Source: Anaerolineales bacterium (lineage in GTDB: Bacteria; Chloroflexota; Anaerolineae; Anaerolineales; RBG-16-64-43). From it: DNA of 64,000 nucleotides. Location of the stretch: positions 13,249-77,248 of the forward strand of contig JBEKHT010000004.1 in the NCBI GenBank assembly GCA_050012135.1, in the 5' to 3' direction. The notes beneath the pieces are model-generated. The model had not been told where the DNA came from. It ran no database searches and saw only the letters and a list, made by a program, of their open reading frames with translations. Position numbers and translations under genes: made by a program. This document shows positions 1-9,260 of the stretch, one piece after another (within the stretch, counting starts at the first letter, position 1; each line of letters opens with the position of its first letter).

Positions 1-1218
1 CCTCTCATCCAGTTGGACGAGATCCCGATAGGCTTGGGCGGCGCGATCCATTGCCTCTCGGAAGCGGCCGAGGACTCCCGCTTGCTCGAACCAGACCGGA
101 GTGACATAGCCCAGGTCGCTGGTGAGCGGCGCGGGAGTCTGGGTCATCATTCGATGACGTTTGACTTCGAAGTAGGCACCCTGATCGAGAACGGCCTCGA
201 ACAGATAGGAGAGATGCTCCAGCTCGCGAGCCGGGACATCCCGCGGGCTCATGGAGCCGAGTAGTGCTGAAGCCAGCTCGCCTCGCTTGGCCGGAGGCAG
301 GGCGGCAATGTCCGCCAATGCCTGCCGGTAGGGGATTCCCGAGGAACGAACCCAGGCGGCCGCCAGAACGCGGTCTTCCGCCTCCGGATCGTATTGAATG
401 AGCCGAACCGAGCCGGACAAGGGAAGAGCCTCAGACGGTGCGCGGTTCAGGGGGCGCGCCTCGATCTTCGCGGCCAACCGCTGAAGATAAGGGGAGGCCT
501 CGGAGTACTTGAGCAGGGTGGGTGTCTCCTGCTGGGCGGCTTCCCGAATCTCCATGCCGATTTCGCGGACCTCGACCAGGGGATGCGACAGCATCTTGCG
601 CAGAGCGTGTTCGAGGGCCCGTGCGTTAATGGTTACCCCGACATTGGCCAAGCAAGCCGCGGGCAGCAAATAGCGGCACACATCGGCGTAGCGCGAACGA
701 ATCCGCCCATCCCATTTCGCCTCGCTTTCATCTTCTTGGCGTGGAAACCGTTCGTGGGCCAGGGCGGCCGTGGCTTGCAGGGAAGCCTGGTATGTTTCCA
801 GGAGGAAGTCGCAGGCGGCCCGATACTCTCCCTCGAGGCGCGACCCTTTGAATTCGGTTGGCAAGTGATAAGCGCCCGGGGACCACTTCTGATACCGCGT
901 GCTTTTCTCCGTGTATGAAGCCAGCCGGTTGGACTCAAGGGACTCAATCGCCAGTCGCGAAATGTTCTCCAGAGCGATGTGGAGGACGGCATGCTCTGCG
1001 ACGGAGGCATGTCCGAAACCAACCACCCAGCGCTCGTGGAATCTCGTGCTATCCTGCTCGCTGAGTGCCGCAGCGATGTCGGAGAAGGACTGGGGGGAGC
1101 GCGATGTTTTTGCAAATGCGACCGCGATCGTTTCCGGGCTGAGACGGCGCGGGCTCAGGAGGTAGATGCGTCGCAGCGGGTTAATCTCGTCCTCCTTTCC
1201 TGCGGGGAGGGCACCCAC
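1..1218 (-). CDS. thyX: ThyX-family (FAD-dependent thymidylate synthase-like) protein, two-domain form, C-terminus cut by window edge
   Basis: Absent from the ORF track because it runs off the left edge. My translation of the minus-strand frame ending at nt 1 is stop-free from 1218. It reads ...IYLLSPRRLSPETIAVAFAKTSRSP...GFGHASVAEHAVLHIALENISRLAIESLESNRLASYTEKSTRY... and later ...YFEVKRHRMMTQT..., so a ThyX-like core appears twice. The start is uncertain: GTG at 1218 has no SD, while ATT at 1185 sits behind GGAAAGGAGG. Confidence 0.55.
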   Translation of the reverse strand, partial: MGALPAGKEDEINPLRRIYLLSPRRLSPETIAVAFAKTSRSPQSFSDIAAALSEQDSTRFHERWVVGFGHASVAEHAVLHIALENISRLAIESLESNRLASYTEKSTRYQKWSPGAYHLPTEFKGSRLEGEYRAACDFLLETYQASLQATAALAHERFPRQEDESEAKWDGRIRSRYADVCRYLLPAACLANVGVTINARALEHALRKMLSHPLVEVREIGMEIREAAQQETPTLLKYSEASPYLQRLAAKIEARPLNRAPSEALPLSGSVRLIQYDPEAEDRVLAAAWVRSSGIPYRQALADIAALPPAKRGELASALLGSMSPRDVPARELEHLSYLFEAVLDQGAYFEVKRHRMMTQTPAPLTSDLGYVTPVWFEQAGVLGRFREAMDRAAQAYRDLVQLDER

Positions 1219-1226
1219 AGGTGGGC

Positions 1227-2174
1227 TCAGTTGGGGTCAGGGTTCGCAGAAGACGACTCGCGCAGGCGGGCCCGGGCGATCTCGACGTCCCTTTCGATCT
1301 GGTCCAGCAACTCCTTAGGCCCGGGGAACTTCTGCTCGTCCCGAACACGGGCAATGAAGTCGAGGCGCAGCTCCTGGCCGTACAGATCCGACCGGAAGTT
1401 GAGCAGGTGGGCCTCGATCGTCAGTTTGGGAGTCTCTTCAAAGGTGGGGCGGATTCCGATGTTGGTCACGCCGGGCTTCCTCTGGCCTTCCACCCACACC
1501 CAGGTGGCGTATACCCCCCGGGCTGGAATGGCCCGTTCTTCCCACACCTCCAGGTTGGCAGTCGGGATTCCCAGCGTGACCCCGCGGTGGGCTCCTGGCG
1601 TGACCTTACCCGTCAGACGATAGGCTCGGCCCAGGCATGCCGCAGCCGAAGCCACGTCTCCTTGCGAGAGATACCGGCGGATGCGCGTCGATGAGATCAC
1701 CTCCGCGCCAAATTCCAGTGGCTCGACCGTGTGCACTTGAAACCCGGCCTGGGCCCCGTATTGCCTCAAGAACTCGAGGTTCCCCTCTCGGTTGTGGCCG
1801 AGGGCAAAATCCGGTCCGGCCCAGAGGGAGCGCAATCCGAGATGGCGGACGAGACGATCTAGGAATTCAGCGGCCCGAACCCTGGACAACTCGAGGGTGA
1901 AGGGCTCAAGGATGACGCCATCGACCCCCAGGTCCCTGAGCAACCCGGCTCTTTCCTCGGGTGCGGTAAGGTAGCCGGGCGAGGAGCGCCGTCCCAGCAC
2001 GACCGAGGGATGGGGGTGGAAGGTGAGGACGACAGCCGGGTCTCCGTTCTCGTGAGCCTCGGCAACCATTGCCTTCAAAAGGCGTTGGTGCCCTCGATGA
2101 ACGCCGTCAAATGAACCGACCGCGAGATGGGCCCCGCGGACTTGGACTTCTTCAATGCTGTGGTAAGGCTGCAT
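1227..2174 (-). CDS. ribF: bifunctional riboflavin kinase / FMN adenylyltransferase
   Basis: 315-aa ORF. The N-terminus GSFDGVHRGHQRLL and the C-terminal riboflavin kinase part (GIPTANL...GVYATWV...TNIG.RPTF...EAHLL.F..DLYG) are typical RibF. It sits downstream of truB as in many bacteria. Confidence 0.9.
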   Translation of the reverse strand: MQPYHSIEEVQVRGAHLAVGSFDGVHRGHQRLLKAMVAEAHENGDPAVVLTFHPHPSVVLGRRSSPGYLTAPEERAGLLRDLGVDGVILEPFTLELSRVRAAEFLDRLVRHLGLRSLWAGPDFALGHNREGNLEFLRQYGAQAGFQVHTVEPLEFGAEVISSTRIRRYLSQGDVASAAACLGRAYRLTGKVTPGAHRGVTLGIPTANLEVWEERAIPARGVYATWVWVEGQRKPGVTNIGIRPTFEETPKLTIEAHLLNFRSDLYGQELRLDFIARVRDEQKFPGPKELLDQIERDVEIARARLRESSSANPDPN

Positions 2175-2180
2175 CCCGTC

Positions 2181-3062
2181 TCAGAGGTCCATGAACACTT
2201 TTCTTGGCTGCCAAGCCTGGGACCGGGGGTCTCCCTCCAGGATCGCAACCAGTTCCCCGCCCGGGCCGACGCCCATCGCCCGGCCGGCGGCCTCGGTTCC
2301 CCCAGGGACCGAGATGCCCCGGCGGAGCGCGTCCACGAGTTCGGCGGAAAGGTCAACCCGTGTCCATCCCTCCAGAACCGCAGTGGCCGGAAGGGTCACC
2401 TCCTGCCAGGCGCCATCGGCAAATCGGCTTTGCAATTCGCTCAAGGGGATCGCCTGCTCGACCCGGAAGGGGCCGAGTCTCAGCCGGCGAAGGGCAATGA
2501 GATGGGCGTGGGATTGAAGCCTCTCACCGAGGTCTCGCGCCAGGGCGCGCAGGTAGGTTCCCCGCGAACATCGCACTTGGATCGCTGCTTCCGGGCTGGA
2601 CCATTCGCGCAGGTCGATGCTATAGATTTGGACCTTGCGCGGTTCGAGTTCCACCGTTTCGCCTTTTCGCGCCAGGTCATAAGCCCTTCGCCCTTCGACC
2701 TTGACCGCCGAGTAGGCAGGAGGCACCTGCAGTGTCTCTCCCCGAAAGGCGGCGAGGGCCTCGAGCAGTTGCTCCTCAGAAAAGCGGACGGGGCTTGTGC
2801 CCGTGATTTGTCCCGTAGCGTCGAGGGTCGTCGTGCTTTGGCCGAACCGAACCACGGCCTGGTATTCCTTGTCGGCTTCGAGCAAGTATTCCGCCAGACG
2901 CGTGGCCCCGCCCAGGAGCACCACAAGCACTCCCGAAGCGGAGGGGTCCAAGGTCCCCGTGTGGCCGGTCTTGCGAATGCCTGTTCCGCGGCGCACGACA
3001 TTGACCACATCGTGCGAGGTCGGGCCGATTGGTTTGTCAACCACCAGTAGGGCCGGGTGCAC
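2181..3062 (-). CDS. truB: tRNA pseudouridine(55) synthase
   Basis: LLVVDKPIGPTSHDVV...GHTGTLDPSASGVLVVLLG is the TruB signature. I trimmed the ORF-track start (3254) to GTG 3062, which lies behind GGAGGA; the longer form would overlap nrnA. Confidence 0.9.
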   Translation of the reverse strand: MHPALLVVDKPIGPTSHDVVNVVRRGTGIRKTGHTGTLDPSASGVLVVLLGGATRLAEYLLEADKEYQAVVRFGQSTTTLDATGQITGTSPVRFSEEQLLEALAAFRGETLQVPPAYSAVKVEGRRAYDLARKGETVELEPRKVQIYSIDLREWSSPEAAIQVRCSRGTYLRALARDLGERLQSHAHLIALRRLRLGPFRVEQAIPLSELQSRFADGAWQEVTLPATAVLEGWTRVDLSAELVDALRRGISVPGGTEAAGRAMGVGPGGELVAILEGDPRSQAWQPRKVFMDL

Positions 3063-3213
3063 CAATTCGATCCTCCCGGGCGCCGGGATGAACCCCCCTT
3101 GAAGACCTCCCGCCTCTGGTTCCCAAGGGAAAGATGGCGGTCGGATCGATGCTACCGGAATCGGTGGCGTTCTGGGGAGGGTGCCGACCTGGCCTGCGCC
3201 AGCCCGTCGGCCG

Positions 3214-4176
3214 TCATAGTTTATCAGACAACCACTTGTGGGTCGCCTCCACAACGGTGTGGGCGACCTGCTCCAACGAGCCGGGCACTGTGGCCCCGGC
3301 GGCGGCCGGGTGGCCTCCGCCGCCGTAGCGTTTCGCGATCGGGGTGATGTCGAGTCCGTTGTGAGCCCGCCAGCTCACTTTCACCGTCCCGCCCTCCTGT
3401 TCGACGAAGATCATCGCCAGGTCGGCTCCTTCCACACTGCTCAGGATGTTGATCAGGTCGGCATCGTCTCGACCGGGGTACCCGGCCAGCCTTCGGTCGG
3501 CGAGGCTGAGCCAAGTCCAGACCATCCGGTCCTCCCGCTCGATTCGCGAGAGTCCTGGGCCCCAGTACCGGGCCGCGGAGAAGCTGCGCCGGTTCATGCT
3601 CCATTCGACGATTTCCGAAAGATTCGCGCCGGCTCGCATCAGCTTCTGGGCGATCAGCATGCTCTTGGGATTGACGTTGGCGGTGCGGAACCCGAGCGTA
3701 TCGGTCACGAGCCCAGTGAGCAAACCCGTTGAGGCATTGAGGTTCAGGCTCAGGCGCAGCGGTTTCACGAGGTCGTATACGACTTCCGCCGTCGCGACAG
3801 CCTCCTGCTCGATCAAGTTTGCCTCTGCGAAAAGGCTGTTGGTCGTGTGATGATCGATATTGACGGTCGGAGCCGAAGGCAGAGGCGCAGAGAATTCTCC
3901 TACCCGGTCGGCGTCGGAGCAGTCGAGGTAGACAATGAGGTCGACTTCGGCGGGGATCTGCGAACTGACTTCCTTGTAGCCGGGCAGGAAATGGAAGGTC
4001 GCCGGGACGCCGTCCTTACTGAGCAGGTGGAGGGTCTTCCCCTTGCCGCGCAGCATCCAGGCCAGCCCGAGAAGCGAGCCCAGCCCGTCCCCGTCGGGTC
4101 TTTCGTGGGTGGCCAGCAAGATGTGCTGAGAGCGACGGAGGAATTCGCGCGCCTTCTTGGCACTGAGCTCATCCAT
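3214..4176 (-). CDS. nrnA: DHH/DHHA1 family phosphoesterase (NrnA-like oligoribonuclease / pAp phosphatase)
   Basis: Motifs HERPDGDGLGS, DHH (NIDHHTTN) and GGGGHPAAAG are present. The start was moved to the internal ATG (MDELSAKKAREFL), which overlaps the rbfA stop by 8 nt. Confidence 0.8.
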   Translation of the reverse strand: MDELSAKKAREFLRRSQHILLATHERPDGDGLGSLLGLAWMLRGKGKTLHLLSKDGVPATFHFLPGYKEVSSQIPAEVDLIVYLDCSDADRVGEFSAPLPSAPTVNIDHHTTNSLFAEANLIEQEAVATAEVVYDLVKPLRLSLNLNASTGLLTGLVTDTLGFRTANVNPKSMLIAQKLMRAGANLSEIVEWSMNRRSFSAARYWGPGLSRIEREDRMVWTWLSLADRRLAGYPGRDDADLINILSSVEGADLAMIFVEQEGGTVKVSWRAHNGLDITPIAKRYGGGGHPAAAGATVPGSLEQVAHTVVEATHKWLSDKL

Positions 4177-4555
4177 TCTTGCGATCGTCCTTCTCCCCAC
4201 GGTCCGGGTTGGGTTCGATCGAGTCCAGAAGAGTCTGGAGATGCTCGGCGCGCTCCGGGATATCGTCCCACAGGAACCGCAGTTGTGGGAACGTGCGGAT
4301 CGGGATCCGGCCCGCAAGCTCATGGCGCAGGAACCCGCGGGCGCCCACCAGGGCTTTCAAGACTTCGGCGCGGCGCGCGAGGTCTGCGTCGAGCACGGAG
4401 ACATAGATATTGGCGTATGCAAACTCCCGGTCGACACGAACCTCGGTTACCGACACGAGGCTCAATCGGGGGTCGCTGGTCTCTCGCAAGAGCAGCTCCG
4501 CCAGGACCTCGCGAATTCGATCGGCCAGGCGTTGGGCCCGTGTCAGGCTGGGCAT
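4169..4555 (-). CDS. rbfA: ribosome-binding factor A
   Basis: 128 aa. RAQRLADRIREVLAELLLRE.SDPRL..VSVTEVRVD.EFAYANIYVSV is typical RbfA. It lies directly downstream of infB. Confidence 0.9.
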   Translation of the reverse strand: MPSLTRAQRLADRIREVLAELLLRETSDPRLSLVSVTEVRVDREFAYANIYVSVLDADLARRAEVLKALVGARGFLRHELAGRIPIRTFPQLRFLWDDIPERAEHLQTLLDSIEPNPDRGEKDDRKNG

Positions 4556-4559
4556 CGCC

Positions 4560-6341
4560 TCACACCGTCTCCTTCACGTAGAATTCCAGAATGTCACCGA
4601 CCTGGAATTCCTCAAACCCCTTGATTGCAACCCCGCACTCAAAACCCTGCCGAACTTCGCGGACGTCGTCCTTCTCGTGCTTGAGAGAGGCGACCTCCCC
4701 CTCGAACAGCGCGTTGGTTCCTCGCCAAACACGCACAAAGGCGGAGCGTCGCAGCTCGCCCTCGCGAACCGAGCACCCTGCGATCTTGCCGATGTGCGAA
4801 ATCGCGAACACCGCTCGGACCTCGGCTCGGCCGATGGATACCTGCCGGGTTTCTGGGCCCAGGAGACCTTTGAGAGCCTTTTCGACATCCTCGGTGAGCC
4901 GATAGATGACCTCGTATTGACGAATGTCCACCCGCTCTGTCTCAGCCGCCCGTTGCGCGGCATGATCCACGTTGACATTGAAGCCAATGACGATCGCCTT
5001 GGAGGCCGAGGCCAACATCACGTCGTTTTCGGTAATGTTACCCGTCTCGGCATAGAGCAGGTTGACCTTCAGATCCTGGGTGCCCAGCTCCTTAAGGGAG
5101 TTGATAATCGGCTCGAGCGAACCCTGCACATCGGCCTTCAGAATCAAGGTCAGTTCGTGCACTTCGCCAGCCTGGAACTTGGCAAAGATTTGCTCCAAGC
5201 TGATCGGTTTCTGAGCTTGGGCTCGTGTTTCTTGGGCCTCGGTTCTGCGACCGGAAACAATCGATCGAGCTTCCCGTTCGGTGGCCACGGCTTCGAAGAG
5301 CTCACCTGCTTCGGGAAGGTCGCTCAGGCCCAGGACGGAAACTGGGGTCGAAGGGGCCGCCTCGCTGAGCGGCGCTCCCCGGAAATCGAACATCGCCCGG
5401 ATCTTGCCGGAGACCCGCCCGGCCACCAGAACATCGCCCACGTGCAGGGTGCCATTCTGGACCAGCAGAGTGGCCTCCGGGCCTTTGGCTTTGTCCAGTT
5501 GGGCCTCGATCACGGAACCGACGACGCGCCCTCTCGGATTGGCCTGGATCTTGGTGGATTCGGCGGTCAGGACAATGGCTTCCAGCAGGTCATCAATTCC
5601 CTGGTTCTTCTTTGCGGAAACCGGAACGACCATGGTCTCCCCGCCCCAATCGTCGGGGGTCAATCCCAGGTCGGCGAGTTGCTGTTTGACGCGTTCGGGG
5701 TTGGCGTTGGGCTTGTCGATCTTGTTCAGGGCGACCACGATAGGGACGCCAGCCGCCTTGGCGTGAGCGTAAGCCTCGCGCGTTTGGGGCATTACCCCGT
5801 CATCGGCCGCGACCACCAGAATCACGATATCGGTTACCTGCGTCCCGCGGGCACGCATGGCGGTAAAAGCGGCGTGGCCAGGGGTGTCCAGGAAGGTAAT
5901 CGGGCGCCCCTTGTGCAGGATTTGATAGGCGCCAATGTGCTGGGTGATTCCACCGGCCTCGCCTTCGGCGACGTTTGTCTTGCGAACAGCGTCCAGGAGC
6001 GATGTCTTGCCGTGGTCTACATGACCCAGAATGGTTACGACGGGTGGCCGGGAGGAAAGCTGGGAAGGATCTTCGTGTTCCACCGCCAGCCGCCAAGCGG
6101 GAGTTTGCTCCGGGCTGGGAGCCGCCTCTTCTTCCTTTTGCTCAGGCCGCGCTTCGTAGCCCATTTCCTGGGTGATCACGGCCGCCGTGTCGAAATCGAT
6201 CTGCTGATTGATATTGGCCATTACCCCATTGGCCATCAGTTGCTTGATGACATCAATCGGGCTGACGTTGATCAGTTCGGCCAGATGGCGAACGGTCAGG
6301 GAGCTTGGCAGCTCCACCACCTTGTGTCCATTCTCGCCCAT
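4560..6341 (-). CDS. infB: translation initiation factor IF-2
   Basis: 593 aa. The GTPase motifs are [24 protein letters not shown] and NKIDK, followed by C-terminal IF-2 domains. Confidence 0.95.
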   Translation of the reverse strand: MGENGHKVVELPSSLTVRHLAELINVSPIDVIKQLMANGVMANINQQIDFDTAAVITQEMGYEARPEQKEEEAAPSPEQTPAWRLAVEHEDPSQLSSRPPVVTILGHVDHGKTSLLDAVRKTNVAEGEAGGITQHIGAYQILHKGRPITFLDTPGHAAFTAMRARGTQVTDIVILVVAADDGVMPQTREAYAHAKAAGVPIVVALNKIDKPNANPERVKQQLADLGLTPDDWGGETMVVPVSAKKNQGIDDLLEAIVLTAESTKIQANPRGRVVGSVIEAQLDKAKGPEATLLVQNGTLHVGDVLVAGRVSGKIRAMFDFRGAPLSEAAPSTPVSVLGLSDLPEAGELFEAVATEREARSIVSGRRTEAQETRAQAQKPISLEQIFAKFQAGEVHELTLILKADVQGSLEPIINSLKELGTQDLKVNLLYAETGNITENDVMLASASKAIVIGFNVNVDHAAQRAAETERVDIRQYEVIYRLTEDVEKALKGLLGPETRQVSIGRAEVRAVFAISHIGKIAGCSVREGELRRSAFVRVWRGTNALFEGEVASLKHEKDDVREVRQGFECGVAIKGFEEFQVGDILEFYVKETV

Positions 6342-6448
6342 TCCACACCTCCCACTAAGGACTCTGGTACTTGGCCGTCGACCCGGGGCGAGGCGGACAG
6401 ATACCTGTCGTGCCGTGCGCCTAGATCATCTCGGCCTCGGCGGGCAGT

Positions 6449-6817
6449 TCACTGGGAATGCCCCTCCGGCTTGCGGGACCCGGCCAATCGGCCAGGGGGT
6501 GGCGGAGCGGCCGGGTTTGATCTGGAGCCGGCTCCCGCAGGCAATCGGTCCATCCAAGTCGCCAGCACGGCTCGGTCGGCTTCCGTCAACTCCGTCCGCA
6601 GCGCCTGCGCGAGGGGGCCTCGCATAGCCTGCTCCCAGCACGTGCGCCGATCGTGCAGGTAGGCCCCGCGACCTTCGGCCTTGCCGGTCGGGTCAACGCG
6701 GATGCCCTCGGGTGTGCGCACCACGCGGATCAACTGGCGCTTGGCCAGCACCTCACGGCACCCCACACAGGTCCGCTGGGGGACAGGGCGAACTCGCGGC
6801 CCACCCTTCTTGCTCAT
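6449..6817 (-). CDS. ylxR: YlxR/DUF448 family RNA-binding protein
   Basis: Contains the RTCVGCREVLAKRQLIRVV...GRGAYLH motif. It occupies the canonical slot between nusA and infB. Confidence 0.8.
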   Translation of the reverse strand: MSKKGGPRVRPVPQRTCVGCREVLAKRQLIRVVRTPEGIRVDPTGKAEGRGAYLHDRRTCWEQAMRGPLAQALRTELTEADRAVLATWMDRLPAGAGSRSNPAAPPPPGRLAGSRKPEGHSQ

Positions 6818-6839
6818 CGCTCGCCGTGCGGCCTGGACC

Positions 6840-8714
6840 CTAGGGTTCTTCGAGAGTCTCGGTTTCTTCCCATTCCCGCCCCCGGCCGGGCTTATGTTTC
6901 TTTCGGGCCACCGTCACGCCCAGGACGGGATCGTATTCCACCATAACGGCTTTCTTCTTTTTCTTTAGCTTCTTCTTGGCGGCAGTTCCTTCCTCGGTCT
7001 CTTCCTCCTCTTCCTCGACTTCAACGCCTACGGCGGCAGGGGCTCCTTCGGCGACGAGCTCTGGAACCTTTTCCTCGCCTTGTCCAGGGACGGCCTCCGC
7101 TGGGGAGGGAGCCTCGGCCACGGATTGGATCTCCGCGGTCAGCTCTGGCGCGACGACCGCCGCGGCCTGCGCTTTCGCCTCGGCTTCCCGGGCGAGAGCC
7201 GCCGCTTCCTCTGCGCGCTTGGCGAGGATCGCCGCTTGCACGACCTCCTTCAACTCCTCCAAGTTTCGGGCCCCCATCTCCGGCAGGGCCAGGATTGCAT
7301 CCGGGTCGAGGGTTAATTGTTCGAACAGCTGGCCCAAGGAGGCGTAGCCCGCCTGGGCCAGAGGTCGGGCCAATGCCTCAGGAACCATCGTTTCGGGCAG
7401 AGTTACCTGATACGCCGACTGAGGGATGTTCTTGCGCACCTCCGCCAATCGCTTAGCTTGGGCCTTTCGCCGGCTGTCTCGGATTTGGGACAGGCTGGTT
7501 TCGACCGTCCGCACCAGTAGGTCCATGGCTTGGTAGTCTTCGGGGGGCAACGGGTGTCCTTCGGCCTTCTTGCCGAGGGCCTCTTGAACCCGCTGGATCA
7601 AAGCGGGATCTTTCTGGGCGAATTCCGCAAAGGCCGGGTCGCTTGTGACTTTTTGGACGGCGTCTGCGGTAGCCTCGGGAACGCTCTTGATGTCAATCCG
7701 CCAGCCGGTGAGCTTTGCGGCTAGGCGAGCATTCACGCCTTCGCGCCCAATGGCTAAGCTGAGCTGATCCTCGGGGACAACCACGAGGGCCGTCTTGCCG
7801 CGAGTGGGATCCTCGTCCAGATAAACCCCTGACACTCGGGCAGGACTGAGAGCCTTGGCGATAAATGCGGCCGGATCGGGGTTCCATTCGATCACGTCGA
7901 TCTTCTCGCCGTTGAGCTCCTTGACAATCGCCTGGATCCGCCCGCCACGCATGCCCACACAGGCGCCCACCGGGTCGAGATTGGGCTGGACGGCCGCCAC
8001 CGCGACCTTGGAGCGCATCCCGGGTTCGCGGGAAATGCCCTTGATCTCAACCATCCCCTGATAGATCTCTGGCACCTCCGACTCAAGCAACCTGCGCAAC
8101 ATGTTCCGGTCGGCTCGGGAGAGCAGAATCTGCGGTCCGCGCGAGGTCTTGCTCACATCCATCAGATAGGCCCGGATTCGATCTCGTTGGCGATAGCGCT
8201 CGGTGGGAAGCTGCTCCCGCTTGGGCAGAACCGCCTCTGCCCGGCCCAGGCTGACGGTGATCGCCTGGGCCCCGAGAGCCTGAATGGTGCCGTGCACAAT
8301 CTCCCCTTTGCGGGCGGACCATTCCTCGTACAGCTTGTCCCGCTCTGCGTCCCGCAATCGCTGGTGGACGATTTGCTTGGCCGTCTGGGTCGCAATGCGA
8401 CCGAAGTCCTCGGGAGTGCTGTCCACCATGACCAGAGCTCCCAGCTCCGCATTGGGATCCACGGCACGAGCGTTCTCCAAGGAAACCTCCGTGCGCCCGT
8501 CCTGGACCTCGTCGACCACTTCCTTTTCGGCGAGGAGTTGGATCGTGCCCTTGACCAGGTCAATGTTGGCGGTCACGGCTTGGGCATTCGAGCCGTTGAC
8601 CGCTCGGCGGTAGGCGTTGACCAGCGCAGTCTCCAGGACCTGCAACACGACCTCCCGTGGCAATCCGTAATGCTCGAGCACCTCGTTGAAGGCCAGCAAG
8701 AACTCGCTTTTCAT
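6840..8714 (-). CDS. nusA: transcription termination/antitermination factor NusA with a long charged C-terminal tail
   Basis: N-terminal domain, S1, KH1/KH2 ([26 protein letters not shown]) and HhH-type C-terminal repeats are all present. The start was set at the second ATG (MKSEFLLAF...) by analogy with NusA N-termini; the ORF-track start at 8732 is also possible. Confidence 0.93.
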   Translation of the reverse strand: MKSEFLLAFNEVLEHYGLPREVVLQVLETALVNAYRRAVNGSNAQAVTANIDLVKGTIQLLAEKEVVDEVQDGRTEVSLENARAVDPNAELGALVMVDSTPEDFGRIATQTAKQIVHQRLRDAERDKLYEEWSARKGEIVHGTIQALGAQAITVSLGRAEAVLPKREQLPTERYRQRDRIRAYLMDVSKTSRGPQILLSRADRNMLRRLLESEVPEIYQGMVEIKGISREPGMRSKVAVAAVQPNLDPVGACVGMRGGRIQAIVKELNGEKIDVIEWNPDPAAFIAKALSPARVSGVYLDEDPTRGKTALVVVPEDQLSLAIGREGVNARLAAKLTGWRIDIKSVPEATADAVQKVTSDPAFAEFAQKDPALIQRVQEALGKKAEGHPLPPEDYQAMDLLVRTVETSLSQIRDSRRKAQAKRLAEVRKNIPQSAYQVTLPETMVPEALARPLAQAGYASLGQLFEQLTLDPDAILALPEMGARNLEELKEVVQAAILAKRAEEAAALAREAEAKAQAAAVVAPELTAEIQSVAEAPSPAEAVPGQGEEKVPELVAEGAPAAVGVEVEEEEEETEEGTAAKKKLKKKKKAVMVEYDPVLGVTVARKKHKPGRGREWEETETLEEP

Positions 8715-8760
8715 GCTTTTGACTTTCTCCATCCGGGCGTGAGTCGCCCTGTCTATTACG

Positions 8761-8790
8761 CAGAAAAGTGGGGGTTACCCACTTTTCTTA
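8761..8790 (-). promoter_or_regulatory. terminator-like hairpin in the nusA leader (candidate attenuator)
   Basis: On the minus strand the sequence is AAAAGUGGG-UAACC-CCCACUUUU followed by CUG. It lies between the candidate promoter and the nusA start. The stem is 9 bp, of which 5 are GC-core pairs. Confidence 0.35.
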
Positions 8791-8824
8791 ACGAATGCGA
8801 TCGCCCACTTTCTACCAGAAATGC

Positions 8825-8853
8825 ATTGTAGCATAATCCTTGGCCTCCTTCAA
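8825..8853 (-). promoter_or_regulatory. candidate sigma70-type promoter of the nusA operon
   Basis: The minus strand reads TTGAAG, a 17-nt spacer, then TGcTACAAT (an extended -10). Confidence 0.4.
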
Positions 8854-8906
8854 GGGCCTGTTTGCGTTCGGGTGCGTCAGGGAATGGCCCAGGGGCAAGG
8901 AAGGAG

Positions 8907-8957
8907 GTAGGCTCACCCGGAGCGGGTTGCCCGAACCCACAAGCAGGGTGAGCCTAC
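8907..8957. other. perfect 12-bp-stem hairpin with nested 5-bp helix, function unknown
   Basis: GTAGGCTCACCC (8907-8918) pairs perfectly with GGGTGAGCCTAC (8946-8957). An inner GGGTT/AACCC helix lies inside the loop. It sits in the 528-nt gap between nusA and scpA. Confidence 0.6.
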
Positions 8958-9260
8958 GTCGCGACCGTAGAAATCACGGGCAGGATCGGTATACGCCTCG
9001 TCAAGATCCCGGCGTGATGAGAAGCATGACAACGGTCATGCCGTCCTGCGAGGTGATCATCACGGACAAGCCCTGGCCCTGTTTCTGCCAGGTTTGCATC
9101 AGGCCACCGCCGATGGGCCTCTCGATTGGACCGTCAGCACGTGTGGGTTGGCGCCCACGGGGAACCTCGGGCGACCCGCAGATCATCCCCCCGGGGCGTC
9201 CGGACCCTGCTCGAAGGTATAATCGAAACGGCGGCTGAGTTGAGGGCGGGATAACAACAC

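Noticed and set aside
2181-3254. N-terminal extensions in ORF-track models (truB to 3254, nrnA to 4323, recG to 15841, murB from 37870, ddl from 39182, PLP enzyme to 49961, DoxX copies to 46933 and 48442, mraZ from 25673)
   Set aside because: The extensions overlap the upstream gene or intergenic signals and lack family-like sequence. Internal starts with an SD and family-typical N-termini were used instead.
4410-6662. 750-aa plus-strand ORF
   Set aside because: It lies entirely antisense to infB, which has unmistakable IF-2 motifs. The product is Arg/Gly/Leu-rich and motif-free. This is a typical shadow ORF of GC-rich DNA.
8880-8960. Possible SRP (4.5S) RNA because of the GGAAGGAGG-containing stretch
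   Set aside because: The conserved GUCAGGUCCGGAAGGAAGCAGC helix-8 motif and its GNRA tetraloop pairing are not present.
9001-9186. 61-aa minus-strand ORF considered as a RimP remnant (GSPEVPR resembles SSPGxDRP)
   Set aside because: The resemblance is weak. There is no room for the RimP N-terminal domain before scpA begins at 9261. The frame upstream has no start codon. I treat the region as non-coding.
8840-9238. 132-aa plus-strand ORF in the nusA-scpA gap
   Set aside because: The translation is Arg/Pro/Gly-rich, there is no SD, and the ORF spans the 12-bp hairpin. It is unlikely to be coding.
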